NCBI GenBank assembly: GCA_965237905.1
Contig: OZ250172.1
Span: 768,001-832,000, forward strand
Origin: Nitrospinaceae bacterium
GTDB lineage: Bacteria > Nitrospinota > Nitrospinia > Nitrospinales > Nitrospinaceae
Length of the DNA: 64,000 nucleotides
Direction: 5' to 3'
Part shown: positions 19,854 through 30,027 of the stretch, piece after piece
How the letters are laid out: each line of letters starts with the position of its first letter
Position numbering within the stretch: position 1 is the stretch's first letter
Translations under genes and position numbers: made by a program
The notes under the pieces: model-generated
The model's database searches: none
The model's input: only the letters and a program-made list of their open reading frames with translations
What the model was told of the DNA's origin: nothing

Positions 19854-20306
19854 TTATTCGGTTGTTATATCTTTGTTCTTTTCCAGGGCACCAATCATGG
19901 AATGCCAGGACAAGCTTGCACATTTGATCCGCGAGGGGAATTCCCGGATTCCTTTGAACAAAGCCAGCTTGCCCAGATGATGCTCCTGCTCGTCCGGGTC
20001 CATTTCTCCCAGAACCATTTTATGAAACTCTTCGAAGATCTCTTTGGATTCGCCGACTTTCTTGCCTTTCAGAAAACCGGTCATCAGCGACGAACTGGCT
20101 TTAGAAATCGCACAACCCGAACCCATAAAGCTGACCTCTTCAATCACATCATCGGCATTGATCTTCAAATACACCGTATAATCGTCGCCGCACAACGGAT
20201 TGAACCCGTGACAAAAATGCGTGGCTTCCGGCATTTCACGGAAGTTTCGCGGCTTCTTGTTGTGATCCAGGATCACCTGTTGGTACAGCTCGTTATCGTA
20301 TGACAT
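19854..20306 (-). CDS. sufU: SUF system NifU-like sulfur-transfer protein
   Basis: LYQQVILDH, NPLCGD, GCAIS, RIKCA. Confidence 0.92.
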   Translation of the reverse strand: MSYDNELYQQVILDHNKKPRNFREMPEATHFCHGFNPLCGDDYTVYLKINADDVIEEVSFMGSGCAISKASSSLMTGFLKGKKVGESKEIFEEFHKMVLGEMDPDEQEHHLGKLALFKGIREFPSRIKCASLSWHSMIGALEKNKDITTE

Positions 20307-20394
20307 CCAAAAATTCTCTCTATAAATAATATAGTCCCGTGTTCGTCATTATAAAAGACAAAGGAGGGATATCCAACCTAATCGATACGGAGTG

Positions 20395-21648
20395 TCAGGA
20401 GAACAGCTTGATGGCCCGGCGAATACTGGCGGCCAAGGCATCCAGCTCTTCATATTTATTGTAAAACGAGGCCGAAGCGCGGGAAGTCGCGGGCACACCG
20501 AACCGTTTCATAGTCGGTTGCGCGCAATGATGTCCGCCCCGAACCGCGATGCCGTCCTGGTCCAGCAGAGTCACCACATCATGCGGATGAATAACGTCGA
20601 TATGGAAGGACAGGATACTGGCTTTGTGGGCGGCGGTGCCGATGATGTTCAACCCGTCGATTTCGGACAGTACGCGTGTGCCGTATTCCAACAGCGCGTG
20701 TTCGTATTCGGCAATTTTATCGAGGCCGATTTCTTGAAGATAATCGACTGCTTCGCCGAGACCCATCACTTGGGTAATTGCCGGCGTTCCCGCTTCGAAT
20801 CGGGCGGGCGGATCAGCATACAGGGTTTTCTCAATCGTCACTTGGCGAATCATGTCGCCGCCGGTAACGTAAGGCGGCATCTCCTGCAACACGTCGTATT
20901 TTCCGAATAAACCGCCGACGCCGCTGGGCCCATACATCTTGTGACCGGAGAAGGTGTAGAAATCGCAGTCGATATCCTGCACATCGATTTTTATATGCGG
21001 GGTGCTTTGCGCTCCGTCGATCAGCACCTTGGCGCCCGCCTCGTGCGCGAGCCGGGTGATCTCTTTTATGGGATTCACCGTCCCGAGAGCGTTGGACACA
21101 TGATTGACTGACACGATTCGCGTTTTGGGCGACAGGAGTTTTTCATATTCTTCCATAATGAGCTCACCGCGGTCGTTGACCGGAATAACTTTGAGGTGTG
21201 CCCCTCTGTCCTGGCACAACACTTGCCAGGGCACGGTATTGGCATGATGCTCGATATTGGAGATGATGATTTCATCCCCTTCTTTCACAAACGCCTTGCC
21301 GAAGCTGTACGCCACGAGGTTGATGGCCTGAGTGGTGCCGCTGGTGAAGATGATTTCCTTTTTGTCCGCCGCGTTGAACAACCCGGCGACTTTTTGCCGG
21401 ACGTCCTCGAACATCTGCGTGGCATGTTCGCTTAATTTGTACGCCCCCCGGCGGACGGTGCCGTATTCTTCCGAGTCGAACTGGCGGACCTTCTCGATGA
21501 CGCGCCGCGGCTTCTGCGTGGTGGCGGCATTATCCAGATACACCAGCGGTTTGCCGTGAACCTTTTGCGACAACACAGGGAAATCGGCGCGAATTTTATC
21601 GACATCGAAAGGAGGTTTGGCAGTGGTCAGGGTATCGGACTCAGGCAT
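20395..21648 (-). CDS. sufS: Cysteine desulfurase
   Basis: YLDNAATTQKP, FSGHKMYGP, RGGHHCAQP. Confidence 0.95.
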   Translation of the reverse strand: MPESDTLTTAKPPFDVDKIRADFPVLSQKVHGKPLVYLDNAATTQKPRRVIEKVRQFDSEEYGTVRRGAYKLSEHATQMFEDVRQKVAGLFNAADKKEIIFTSGTTQAINLVAYSFGKAFVKEGDEIIISNIEHHANTVPWQVLCQDRGAHLKVIPVNDRGELIMEEYEKLLSPKTRIVSVNHVSNALGTVNPIKEITRLAHEAGAKVLIDGAQSTPHIKIDVQDIDCDFYTFSGHKMYGPSGVGGLFGKYDVLQEMPPYVTGGDMIRQVTIEKTLYADPPARFEAGTPAITQVMGLGEAVDYLQEIGLDKIAEYEHALLEYGTRVLSEIDGLNIIGTAAHKASILSFHIDVIHPHDVVTLLDQDGIAVRGGHHCAQPTMKRFGVPATSRASASFYNKYEELDALAASIRRAIKLFS

Positions 21649-22966
21649 GTTTCGCCTCCAATTTTTTTAAAAGTACTTCATTCAGATCCGTTACCACGTC
21701 CGGAAACGGAATCGTCTGAATCAGGCTGTCCACAAAACTGGTGGTGAGCAGGGATTTGGCCAATTCCTTGGACAAGCCGCGGGTCTTCAGATAAAACAAC
21801 TGGTCTTCGTCAATTTGCCCGACGGTCGTCCCGTGGGTGCATTTGACGTCGTCCGCGAAAATCATCAGGTTCGGCTTGTTGTCCGCATGCGCCTCGTCCG
21901 ACAGCATGAGGTTGTTGATCAACTGATCCGAGTTGGTCAATTGCGCCCCCTTATCAACAATGACGGTGCCGTCGACACTGGACCGTCCTTTATCGTTGAT
22001 GACGTTTTTGAACAACTGGTTGCTGGAGCAATGCGGCGCTTCGTGATGAATCCGGATGAAATTATGCACCTGTTCCTGATTCACCAAAACAGAGGCTCCA
22101 CTCAGGTGCAATTCCGCGCCTTCCTCTTTCAGGCGCACTTCGTAATGGTGCCGCGTCAGCCGGTTTCCCGAAGAACCATTTCTGCCGAAGAAGCGTGCGT
22201 CGCGATGCAACTGCACCCGCGTCTTTGAACAATGCCAGGACTCGGGGTCATCTTTCTGCACCTGGGTGTAGGTGACACCCGCGCCATCCTTTACAATGAA
22301 GTCATTGACCGCGTTGATGAAATAATTTTCCCGCGTTCCGGCATAGGTGACGATCATCTTGAGCTCCGCCGTTTCCCCCAATCGTATTACCAAACGAGGA
22401 TGGGAGGTCACCGGGGCCGATGCGGAACCGGTCGAAACATAAAGAAACTGCACGGGACTCTCAAACGTGGCCTTGGCGGGAATATCAATCCATACGCCAT
22501 GATGCACAAACGCGCTATTGATCGCGGCGAACACATCGTTTTCATTCTCCAGCGAGTCCAGCAGAGTTTGTTTGATTGCATCGTCGGCCACGGCTTCGGA
22601 CAGGCATTGTATTTTAAATGAATCACCGAGACCAGACAGATCCGAAAGATTTTCCTGAAACGCGCCATTCACGAATACCATCACGCTGTTTTTGCAGGCG
22701 GGATAAACTTTGCTTTGTATCCAAGCGGTATCCACCGGACCGTCGACAGCCAGTTCAAACGAGGTGCCAGCCAACTCGTGCGTATTGACGAAGGTATACA
22801 TCTCATGTTTTTTGTGGGGAAACTTCAACAACTCGAACCGCTCGATACCCGCCTGGTTGACGGGACGCAGGGAGGCCTTGGCTCGGTCTGCTTCCAGAAA
22901 CTTCTTATGGAGCGCGAGCACCGCTGTTTCCGGAGCTTCCGTTTTTTTGACTGCGGATTCGGACAT
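21641..22966 (-). CDS. sufD: Fe-S cluster assembly protein SufD
   Basis: KPNLMIFADDVKCTHG, FYLKTRGL; operon position. Confidence 0.93.
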   Translation of the reverse strand: MSESAVKKTEAPETAVLALHKKFLEADRAKASLRPVNQAGIERFELLKFPHKKHEMYTFVNTHELAGTSFELAVDGPVDTAWIQSKVYPACKNSVMVFVNGAFQENLSDLSGLGDSFKIQCLSEAVADDAIKQTLLDSLENENDVFAAINSAFVHHGVWIDIPAKATFESPVQFLYVSTGSASAPVTSHPRLVIRLGETAELKMIVTYAGTRENYFINAVNDFIVKDGAGVTYTQVQKDDPESWHCSKTRVQLHRDARFFGRNGSSGNRLTRHHYEVRLKEEGAELHLSGASVLVNQEQVHNFIRIHHEAPHCSSNQLFKNVINDKGRSSVDGTVIVDKGAQLTNSDQLINNLMLSDEAHADNKPNLMIFADDVKCTHGTTVGQIDEDQLFYLKTRGLSKELAKSLLTTSFVDSLIQTIPFPDVVTDLNEVLLKKLEAKHA

Positions 22967-22975
22967 AATATTCTC

Positions 22976-23731
22976 TTACTTCGCCGGAGCGGTGACCCAG
23001 TCGTAACCCTGCGCCTCCAACTCGAGGGCCAGATCCTTGCCGCCGGACTTGACAATGGCGCCGCCGCTGAACACATGCACGAAATGCGGCTCGATATAAT
23101 TGAGCAGTCGCTGGTAATGGGTGATCAGGATTAACGCGTTGTTCTTGTTGCTGAGCTTGTTGACGCCTTCCGCGACCACTTTCAGCGCGTCGATGTCCAG
23201 ACCGGAGTCGGTTTCATCCAGAACAGATAATTTGGGACTGAGCACCGCCATCTGCAAAATTTCATTCTTCTTTTTCTCGCCGCCGGAGAAGCCCTCGTTC
23301 AAAAACCGGTCCTTGTATTTTTTATCCATGCCGACCAACTTCATTTTTTCGTCGAGGATTTCATCGAAGTCCAGAGGATCAACCTCTTCTTCCCCTTTGT
23401 GTACCAGTTTAGCGTTGTACGCCATGCGCAGAAACTCGGCGTTGTTAACGCCGGGAATTTCCACGGGATATTGGAACCCCATAAAGATGCCGGCCAGGGC
23501 TCGGTCCTCCGCGTCCATCTCCAGCAGATCTTTTCCGTTGTAGGTGATGCTTCCCTGCGTTACGACGTAGGACGGGTGACCCACCAGCACTTTCGCCAGC
23601 GTACTTTTACCAGAACCGTTGGGTCCCATGATGGCGTGAACTTCTCCAGCGTTCACCGTTAACGAAACGCCCGTGACGATTTCGGTCCCTTCGAACCCCG
23701 CGTGCAAATCTTTGATTTCGAGTAATGACAT
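22976..23731 (-). CDS. sufC: Fe-S assembly ABC ATPase
   Basis: GPNGSGKST, FQYPVEIPG, GFSGGEKK, LDETDSGLDIDA; start at ATG 23731. Confidence 0.95.
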   Translation of the reverse strand: MSLLEIKDLHAGFEGTEIVTGVSLTVNAGEVHAIMGPNGSGKSTLAKVLVGHPSYVVTQGSITYNGKDLLEMDAEDRALAGIFMGFQYPVEIPGVNNAEFLRMAYNAKLVHKGEEEVDPLDFDEILDEKMKLVGMDKKYKDRFLNEGFSGGEKKKNEILQMAVLSPKLSVLDETDSGLDIDALKVVAEGVNKLSNKNNALILITHYQRLLNYIEPHFVHVFSGGAIVKSGGKDLALELEAQGYDWVTAPAK

Positions 23732-23805
23732 AATTTTATTCAGCCTATGAATTGTTATGTAGTTGCTCGATTTATCGAGCTCTTTATACCACCCCAAGCT
23801 ATAAC

Positions 23806-23827
23806 AAAAACGCCCCATGAATGGGGC
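23806..23827 (-). terminator. Terminator-like hairpin between sufB and sufC
   Basis: GCCCCA-TTCA-TGGGGC followed by GTTTTT on the minus strand. Confidence 0.45.
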
Positions 23828-23887
23828 AACTACTTTTTTCAGGTGGGATTTATCCTGTTATCCTGTCTAACTTTGTTTTGCTTTTAT

Positions 23888-25351
23888 CTATCCGACGCTG
23901 TTTTCGAGCTTGAGCGTCAACAGCTTCTGCGCTTCCACCGCGAACTCCATGGGAAGCTGCTTGAACACTTCCTTACAGAATCCGTTGATGACGGCGGTAA
24001 TCGCATTCTCCCTCGAGATGCCCCTCTGCTCAAAATAGAACAACTGTTCCTCGCTGATCTTGGAAGTCGACGCCTCGTGTTCCAGATGAGCGGAACTGTT
24101 GGCCGTTTCGATATAGGGGAACGTATGGGCACTGCTCTGATCGCCCACCAGCATGCTGTCGCACTGCGTATAGTTGCGGGCATTGGACGCGCCCTTGCTC
24201 ACCTTGACCTGCCCGCGGTAGCTGTTACTGGAGTGATCGGCGCAAATTCCCTTGGAGATGATACTGGATTTGGTGTTTTTACCGATGTGGATCATCTTGG
24301 TGCCGGTATCGGCCTGCATGTATCCGTTGGTCAGCGCCACCGAGTAAAACTCGCCCTGGGTATTGTCGCCCTGAAGGATACAGCTGGGATATTTCCAGGT
24401 GATGGCGGAACCGGTTTCCACCTGCGTCCATGAAATTTTGGAGTTGTCCCCGGCACACTTGCCGCGCTTGGTGACGAAATTATAGATACCGCCCTTGCCC
24501 GTTTCCGGATCACCGGCGTACCAGTTCTGCACGGTGCTGTATTTGATCTCGGCGTTGTCGAGCGTCACCAGTTCCACGACTGCAGCGTGCAATTGATTGG
24601 TATCGAACTGCGGCGCAGTACAGCCTTCAAGATAGGACACATAACTGTTTTCGGCACATATAATCAGGGTACGCTCGAACTGTCCGGTTTCTTCCGTATT
24701 GATGCGGAAGTAGGTGGACAACTCCATCGGTGAAATCGTGTCCGGCGGAATGTAAACGAATGAACCGTCGGTGAACACGGCGCTGTTGAGCGCGGCGTAA
24801 TAATTGTCCCCGATCGGAACGACGGTACCCAGATACTCTTCGACCAGCTCGGGATATTCCTGCAATGCCTCGGAAATGGGACAAAAGATAATGCCCACCT
24901 CCATCAGTTTCTTCTTGTGGGTGGTGGCGACACTGACGCTGTCGAACACCGCGTCAACGGCAACATTGGACAGGCGCTTCTGTTCATCCAGCGGAATGCC
25001 CAGCTTCTCGAAGGTGCGGAGCAGTTCCGGGTCGACCTCGTCGAGGCTTTCAATTGTTTTCTTTTTCTTCGGCGCGGAGTAGTAGGAGATATCCTGGAAA
25101 TCGATCTTCGGGTAACGCACGTTCGGCCAGGCCGGTTCCTTCATGGTCAACCATTTCCGGTAAGCCTTGAGCCGGAAATCGAGCATGAACTGCGGCTCTT
25201 TTTTCTTCAGGGAAATGGCGCGGACCACATCTTCGTTCAGGCCTTTGGGCAGGGTATCAGTTTCAATATCCGTCGTGAACCCGTACTTGTATTCATTTTT
25301 CTCCAACACCTCGTCAAGGCTGGTGGTTTTGGAGCTCGTTTCATTCGTCAT
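23888..25351 (-). CDS. sufB: Fe-S cluster assembly protein SufB
   Basis: [43 protein letters not shown]. Confidence 0.97.
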   Translation of the reverse strand: MTNETSSKTTSLDEVLEKNEYKYGFTTDIETDTLPKGLNEDVVRAISLKKKEPQFMLDFRLKAYRKWLTMKEPAWPNVRYPKIDFQDISYYSAPKKKKTIESLDEVDPELLRTFEKLGIPLDEQKRLSNVAVDAVFDSVSVATTHKKKLMEVGIIFCPISEALQEYPELVEEYLGTVVPIGDNYYAALNSAVFTDGSFVYIPPDTISPMELSTYFRINTEETGQFERTLIICAENSYVSYLEGCTAPQFDTNQLHAAVVELVTLDNAEIKYSTVQNWYAGDPETGKGGIYNFVTKRGKCAGDNSKISWTQVETGSAITWKYPSCILQGDNTQGEFYSVALTNGYMQADTGTKMIHIGKNTKSSIISKGICADHSSNSYRGQVKVSKGASNARNYTQCDSMLVGDQSSAHTFPYIETANSSAHLEHEASTSKISEEQLFYFEQRGISRENAITAVINGFCKEVFKQLPMEFAVEAQKLLTLKLENSVG

Positions 25352-25380
25352 TATAAGTACTCCTTAATTCCTTAGAGGAA

Positions 25381-26139
25381 TCAGAATGTCGTATCCATAT
25401 TGGGCGTCACCTGGAGGTCTTTGTAAATCTCCTTCCGGAGGGTCTGCTCGATAAACGACAGAGTGCCGCCTATGGAAGACCCGCAACTGCCGCAGGCGCC
25501 CTGGTATTGAATGATAATCTTCTCACCATCCACCACTTCCTGTACCTGCACGTTGCCGCCGTCGTTCATGAGCGCCGGACGGATTTTCTCGTCCAGCACG
25601 ATATTGATCTGTTGAATCTGTTCTTCCTCGCTCAGCCCCATCCAGGCCTGTTCCTGCAGGTTCAGTTCCTTGATCCCGGCAGGCTTGCCTTCTTCCTTAT
25701 TGATCCCCGCGGCCGCCAGGGCGACTGCTTTGGCGGAGGGATAATTTTCTTTAACAAGTTTTAACAGCTCCGGCACGTTGCCGAACGCCAGTTTTTTCGA
25801 TTCCGGAACAGCGGGCGCATCGGGATCATCCCTCAAGGCGCGCTCGATATCCGCCCCCAAAAGAGAACAGGCCTCGTCCACCGTAAGGTTCTGAGCCATG
25901 GCCGACAACGTTTCGCCGATGGCCACGGACACCTTGCCGCCATAAGCAAAAAACTTGGCACTGTAGACCCGGTCTTCTTCGGTATCCACCAGCCAATAGA
26001 GTTTCATATCCTTGAACTTGGCCTCGACCAGAGCCATACCTTTTTCGGTGGCTTCTTCCTGGTAATAGGCGCCCCGGTTCTTCGGACTCTTAGCGGCGGC
26101 TTCGAATTTTTCGGAAAATTTTTCTTCGGTTACAGACAT
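25381..26139 (-). CDS. NifU-like protein: degenerate IscU-like N-terminal domain plus Nfu C-terminal domain
   Basis: LYWLVD...AKF...ALRDDPDAPAVP N-domain; IRPALMNDGGNV...YQGACGSC C-domain. Confidence 0.85.
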   Translation of the reverse strand: MSVTEEKFSEKFEAAAKSPKNRGAYYQEEATEKGMALVEAKFKDMKLYWLVDTEEDRVYSAKFFAYGGKVSVAIGETLSAMAQNLTVDEACSLLGADIERALRDDPDAPAVPESKKLAFGNVPELLKLVKENYPSAKAVALAAAGINKEEGKPAGIKELNLQEQAWMGLSEEEQIQQINIVLDEKIRPALMNDGGNVQVQEVVDGEKIIIQYQGACGSCGSSIGGTLSFIEQTLRKEIYKDLQVTPNMDTTF

Positions 26140-26242
26140 TTATATCACACACTGGGAAGGCGCCTAAATGACCAGAAAAAAGGACCTTATCCCAGACCGT
26201 TACAGGTTCAAACTCCATTTTATATCAAAATTCCGAGAATTG

Positions 26243-26300
26243 CGGGAATAATTAAACCAATTTCAACTGACAACGGGAATAATAAACCAATTATCAGTCG
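26243..26300. promoter_or_regulatory. Two ~20-bp direct repeats upstream of the nifU-suf operon (candidate operator)
   Basis: CGGGAATAATTAAACCAATT at 26243 and CGGGAATAATAAACCAATT at 26274. Confidence 0.5.
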
Positions 26301-26713
26301 ATATCAATCGAACATTAGATGCGGCCTAGAGGCGAAAGGTCTTATAAATTCAAGGAAAATGGCGTTTTTCAGCCCGGCGCGCCTTTCCGGTGACACCATT
26401 TGTACAAGGGGAAACCCAATAAAAAGAGGAAATTATCTCATTTTTAAAGGACCGGACGACGGACCCAAAGAAAAACGGTTTACGCCATATCAACGTAAGT
26501 ATTTGTATTAATTGATAAAATAAACTCTATTCCTTTCCAGATTTAACCTAACTGCTCCTTCTATCGTTCTATTGCTTTCACATCAGGTATGAATATTGGA
26601 TATGGGACATTGCTTTTTTCTGTAATTAAGATACAATATTTGTAGCTTCAAAATTTGTAATTTTAAATATTGCCTGTTTATCCGTACCGCCATCAATAAT
26701 TCGGAGCCCATTA

Positions 26714-27229
26714 ATGCCAAGCGTAACAATCACACGCGAGAAATTTCTCGAAGACCTGCAAGGCCGAACGTTTTCCGATGTACTGAAGGACCCTGAGCAA
26801 CCTTTCGATGCCGTTCTTGAGTTCTTTAATGATGACAACAGGCAACGCCGGATGGAGGAGTCTGAGATACACCACGACAGACCCCCCTTGGCTGGCGTCG
26901 TCCGCGAGCTGGAGTCACACCCAGCTATCGATCAGTCTCTGGCAGAAACACAGACTCAGAGGAGCAAGCGATTACGGCAGGCCGTTGGCGTGGTGGTGCG
27001 CATAATCATGGAATCACGCGGTTGGCGGAAAGCGGGTCGCAAAGGATCGCTGGGTGTCCGGGCTGGTAGGAACCCGTCGGAACCCCCCCACAACACGGGC
27101 GGGCTGGCATTCTGGTTCATTCGGGCCGAGCGCTACTTGCGTGCCGAAGGTATGCCGTTCCAGTCCGTACGAGAGCGTTACCAAAAACTTGAATCCGCGG
27201 TGTCACAACAATCGCATAGTGAAGGTTGA
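26714..27229 (+). CDS. Hypothetical protein
   Basis: 171-aa ORF with GGAG RBS, first gene of an apparent operon. Confidence 0.7.
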   Translation: MPSVTITREKFLEDLQGRTFSDVLKDPEQPFDAVLEFFNDDNRQRRMEESEIHHDRPPLAGVVRELESHPAIDQSLAETQTQRSKRLRQAVGVVVRIIMESRGWRKAGRKGSLGVRAGRNPSEPPHNTGGLAFWFIRAERYLRAEGMPFQSVRERYQKLESAVSQQSHSEG

Positions 27230-27256
27230 AAGCGAATTCAGCAAAGAAAGGTAAAG

Positions 27257-28456
27257 ATGATCAGATATGAAACTACGTTTGCCAAACGGCAAAAGAAAGC
27301 ACAAAGGGAGAACAAACCTGATCCCAAAAAGACAGCCCTGGTCTACTGTGAAAATGAATTCGGCTTAGTGGACGGAAAAACCGCCTCAGCGTTAATTCGG
27401 CACTCTGAAACCTATACCGTCGTTGGGATTATTGACAGTTCATTAGCGGGCAAGGATGCAGGAGAAGAATTAGGAGAAGAAAAGAATGGTATCCCTATTT
27501 TTTCAAATTTAAAAGACGCTTTGAGTAAAATTCCAAAGGTTCCGGATTGCTACATTTACGGAAAGGCTCCCTTAGATACTTATATATCAGTCGAAGAAAG
27601 GCTTCTACTCCTAGAGGCCATGAAAAAAGGAATGGACATCATTAGCGGTCTTCATCAGTTCTTCTCCGAAGACCCCGAGTTCATCCATATGGCCGCTCAG
27701 AGCAATATCCAAATTAGAGACATCAGAAAACCTCCGCTATTAAAAGATCTGCATATCTTTACGGGTCAAATATCCAAAGTAAATGTTCCTGTAATCGCCG
27801 TATTAGGTACCGATTGCGCCTGCGGAAAAATGACTACCGCAGTGGAGCTCAACAAAACCTTAAACAATCTCGGCATAAAGTCGGTACTGATCGCAACAGG
27901 TCAAACCAGCTTGATGCAGGGAGCAAGGTATGGCGTATCGACCGATGCTCTTATCAACCAGTTTGTGGTCGGTGAAATAGAAAACTCCGTTATGCGAGCA
28001 TTTGACAAGGAAAGCCCTGACATCATTTTAGTTGAAGGGCAGAGCGCCGTCAGTCATCCTGCTTTTATGAGTTCTCTCGGCATTTTGAAAGGAAGCATGC
28101 CCGATGGCATTATCCTTCAACATCCACCTGCCAGAACATTCCGGTGTGATTTCCCTCTTTTGGCAATGCCCACGGTTGAGAGCGAAATCAAACTGATTGA
28201 AGCGATTTCTCAAGCTAAGGTGATGGCTATTGCATTGAGCCATGAAAACCTGACAGACGAAGAAATCCTGGAAATCGTGGAGGACTATGAGCAGCGGTTT
28301 CAATTACCGACAACAGATGTGCTGAGTCATGGATGCCGGAAACTTGTCGAAACCCTGGGTAAGCATTTTCCGAAACTAAATCAGAAAACCGATCGAGAGG
28401 ATTTAGCCATAGTTCCTGTATTGGCAACGAGATGGGCAAACCGCCTGGAAAAATAA
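27257..28456 (+). CDS. DUF1611 family P-loop protein (DgcN-like)
   Basis: GKTASALIR, SGLHQF, GTDCACGKMTT, ATGQT, VEGQSAVSHPA. Confidence 0.88.
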   Translation: MIRYETTFAKRQKKAQRENKPDPKKTALVYCENEFGLVDGKTASALIRHSETYTVVGIIDSSLAGKDAGEELGEEKNGIPIFSNLKDALSKIPKVPDCYIYGKAPLDTYISVEERLLLLEAMKKGMDIISGLHQFFSEDPEFIHMAAQSNIQIRDIRKPPLLKDLHIFTGQISKVNVPVIAVLGTDCACGKMTTAVELNKTLNNLGIKSVLIATGQTSLMQGARYGVSTDALINQFVVGEIENSVMRAFDKESPDIILVEGQSAVSHPAFMSSLGILKGSMPDGIILQHPPARTFRCDFPLLAMPTVESEIKLIEAISQAKVMAIALSHENLTDEEILEIVEDYEQRFQLPTTDVLSHGCRKLVETLGKHFPKLNQKTDREDLAIVPVLATRWANRLEK

Positions 28457-29542
28457 ATGAAATTGCCCATGCCAAGAATAGAAATTTCCCTAACCCAAAT
28501 ACGAGATAACACACGAATGCTGTCCGAACTTTATGGGCAAAAAGGCATCTCCTTGATGGGAGTTTCTAAAGCGGTACTGGGAGAACCTTCCATTGTCGAA
28601 GCAATGATTCAAGGTGGAGTCCGATTCATTGCCGACTCTCGTATTGAAAACATTCAAAAAATGAAACAAGCCGGGATATCAACTCAGTTTGTTCTTCTCC
28701 GCACTCCTTTAAACCAGGCCGAGTCTGTTGTTCAAAATGCCGACATCAGTCTCAACACTGAGATCGAGACTCTCAAAAAACTTTCCCATTACGCAAAAGC
28801 ACATAATAAAATTCACCAGGTAATTATTATGGTGGAATTAGGTGATTTGCGTGAAGGGATCCTGCCTTGCGATCTTCCTCAATTCATCAGGAAAACTCTT
28901 TCTCTACCCCATATAAAGATTATTGGTATTGGCAGCAACTTGGCTTGTTATGGCGGAGTAAAGCCAGATGATAAAAATATGCACGAACTATCCACGCTGG
29001 CTGATCATATTGAAAAAGAATTTCAGATAAGTTTGGAAATAATTTCCGGCGGGAATTCGGCAAATTATGAGTGGTATAAATCCGCCCAGGATATCGGCAG
29101 GATCAATAATCTTCGCCTGGGCGAATCCATTCTTTTAGGTTGCGAAACTGTGAGCCGAAAAGCGATTCCAGGTTTGCACACGCAAGCATTCCAACTCATT
29201 GCCGAAGTGATCGAATCCAAGAAAAAGCCATCCCTCCCCTTTGGAGAGATCGGTCAAGATACTTTTGGGAATGTCCCCAGTTTCCAGGATCAGGGAATTC
29301 ACCAAAGAGCGATTGTTGCTTTAGGAAGGCAGGACATTGGGGCATCCAGCTTGAAACCTGATAGCGAGCTGGAAATCCTGGGATCCGGCAGTGATCATAT
29401 TATTCTCGACAGCAAGGACCACCATTTGCAGGTTGGAGATGAAGTGAAGTTCAACTTGGATTACCGTGGTCTTCTCGCCGCTATGACTTCTCCTTTTATT
29501 AAAAAACAGTTTATAAATTGCAAGAGTCACGCGGCAGCCTGA
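28457..29542 (+). CDS. PLP-dependent alanine/ornithine racemase-like enzyme
   Basis: GVSK PLP lysine, DSRIENI, MVELGDLREG, SGGNS, RLGESILLG, SDH. Confidence 0.88.
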   Translation: MKLPMPRIEISLTQIRDNTRMLSELYGQKGISLMGVSKAVLGEPSIVEAMIQGGVRFIADSRIENIQKMKQAGISTQFVLLRTPLNQAESVVQNADISLNTEIETLKKLSHYAKAHNKIHQVIIMVELGDLREGILPCDLPQFIRKTLSLPHIKIIGIGSNLACYGGVKPDDKNMHELSTLADHIEKEFQISLEIISGGNSANYEWYKSAQDIGRINNLRLGESILLGCETVSRKAIPGLHTQAFQLIAEVIESKKKPSLPFGEIGQDTFGNVPSFQDQGIHQRAIVALGRQDIGASSLKPDSELEILGSGSDHIILDSKDHHLQVGDEVKFNLDYRGLLAAMTSPFIKKQFINCKSHAAA

Positions 29543-29595
29543 CTCGCCAATAACTACAATCACTCAAGAAAAAGCTGAAATACAAAGAGGGCAAA

Positions 29596-29766
29596 ATGGA
29601 ATCTCACGCTTTTTATGTTCTAGTCACTTCAATGATTGCCAATTTTATCGTATTGGGAATTTCCCTGAACCGGCCGGATTCATTTATGCCTGTTAGCTTG
29701 TCAGCCATTTCAATTTCTCTCCAGGGATACGCCTTGCGGCTGATCGCTATCAACTCGGTCAGCTAA
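29596..29766 (+). CDS. Small hydrophobic protein (56 aa), below the ORF-track cutoff
   Basis: GAGG RBS; MESHAFYVLVTSMIANFIVLGISLNRPDSFMPVSLSAISISLQGYALRLIAINSVS. Confidence 0.5.
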   Translation: MESHAFYVLVTSMIANFIVLGISLNRPDSFMPVSLSAISISLQGYALRLIAINSVS

Positions 29767-30027
29767 GGAGCAACACCGGCCAGCCCAGCAGAAGATCGAA
29801 TCCCTGCCCTCTCGAACGCCATTCAAGCGCGTTCCACCATATCAATCCAATAAAAATATGGAAATATCGGGATTCGAAGGGTACTCGGGTAACACCACAC
29901 TATCTCTACAATCTGACACTCAACAAAGACAGGAGGACGCCCTGGGGGAAATCCGGTGAATGGGGTAAGGGGATTCAGAAAGCCCGGAAGGAGCCGGATC
30001 GCCCCTCCCGGATTCTATCTGAGGGGG

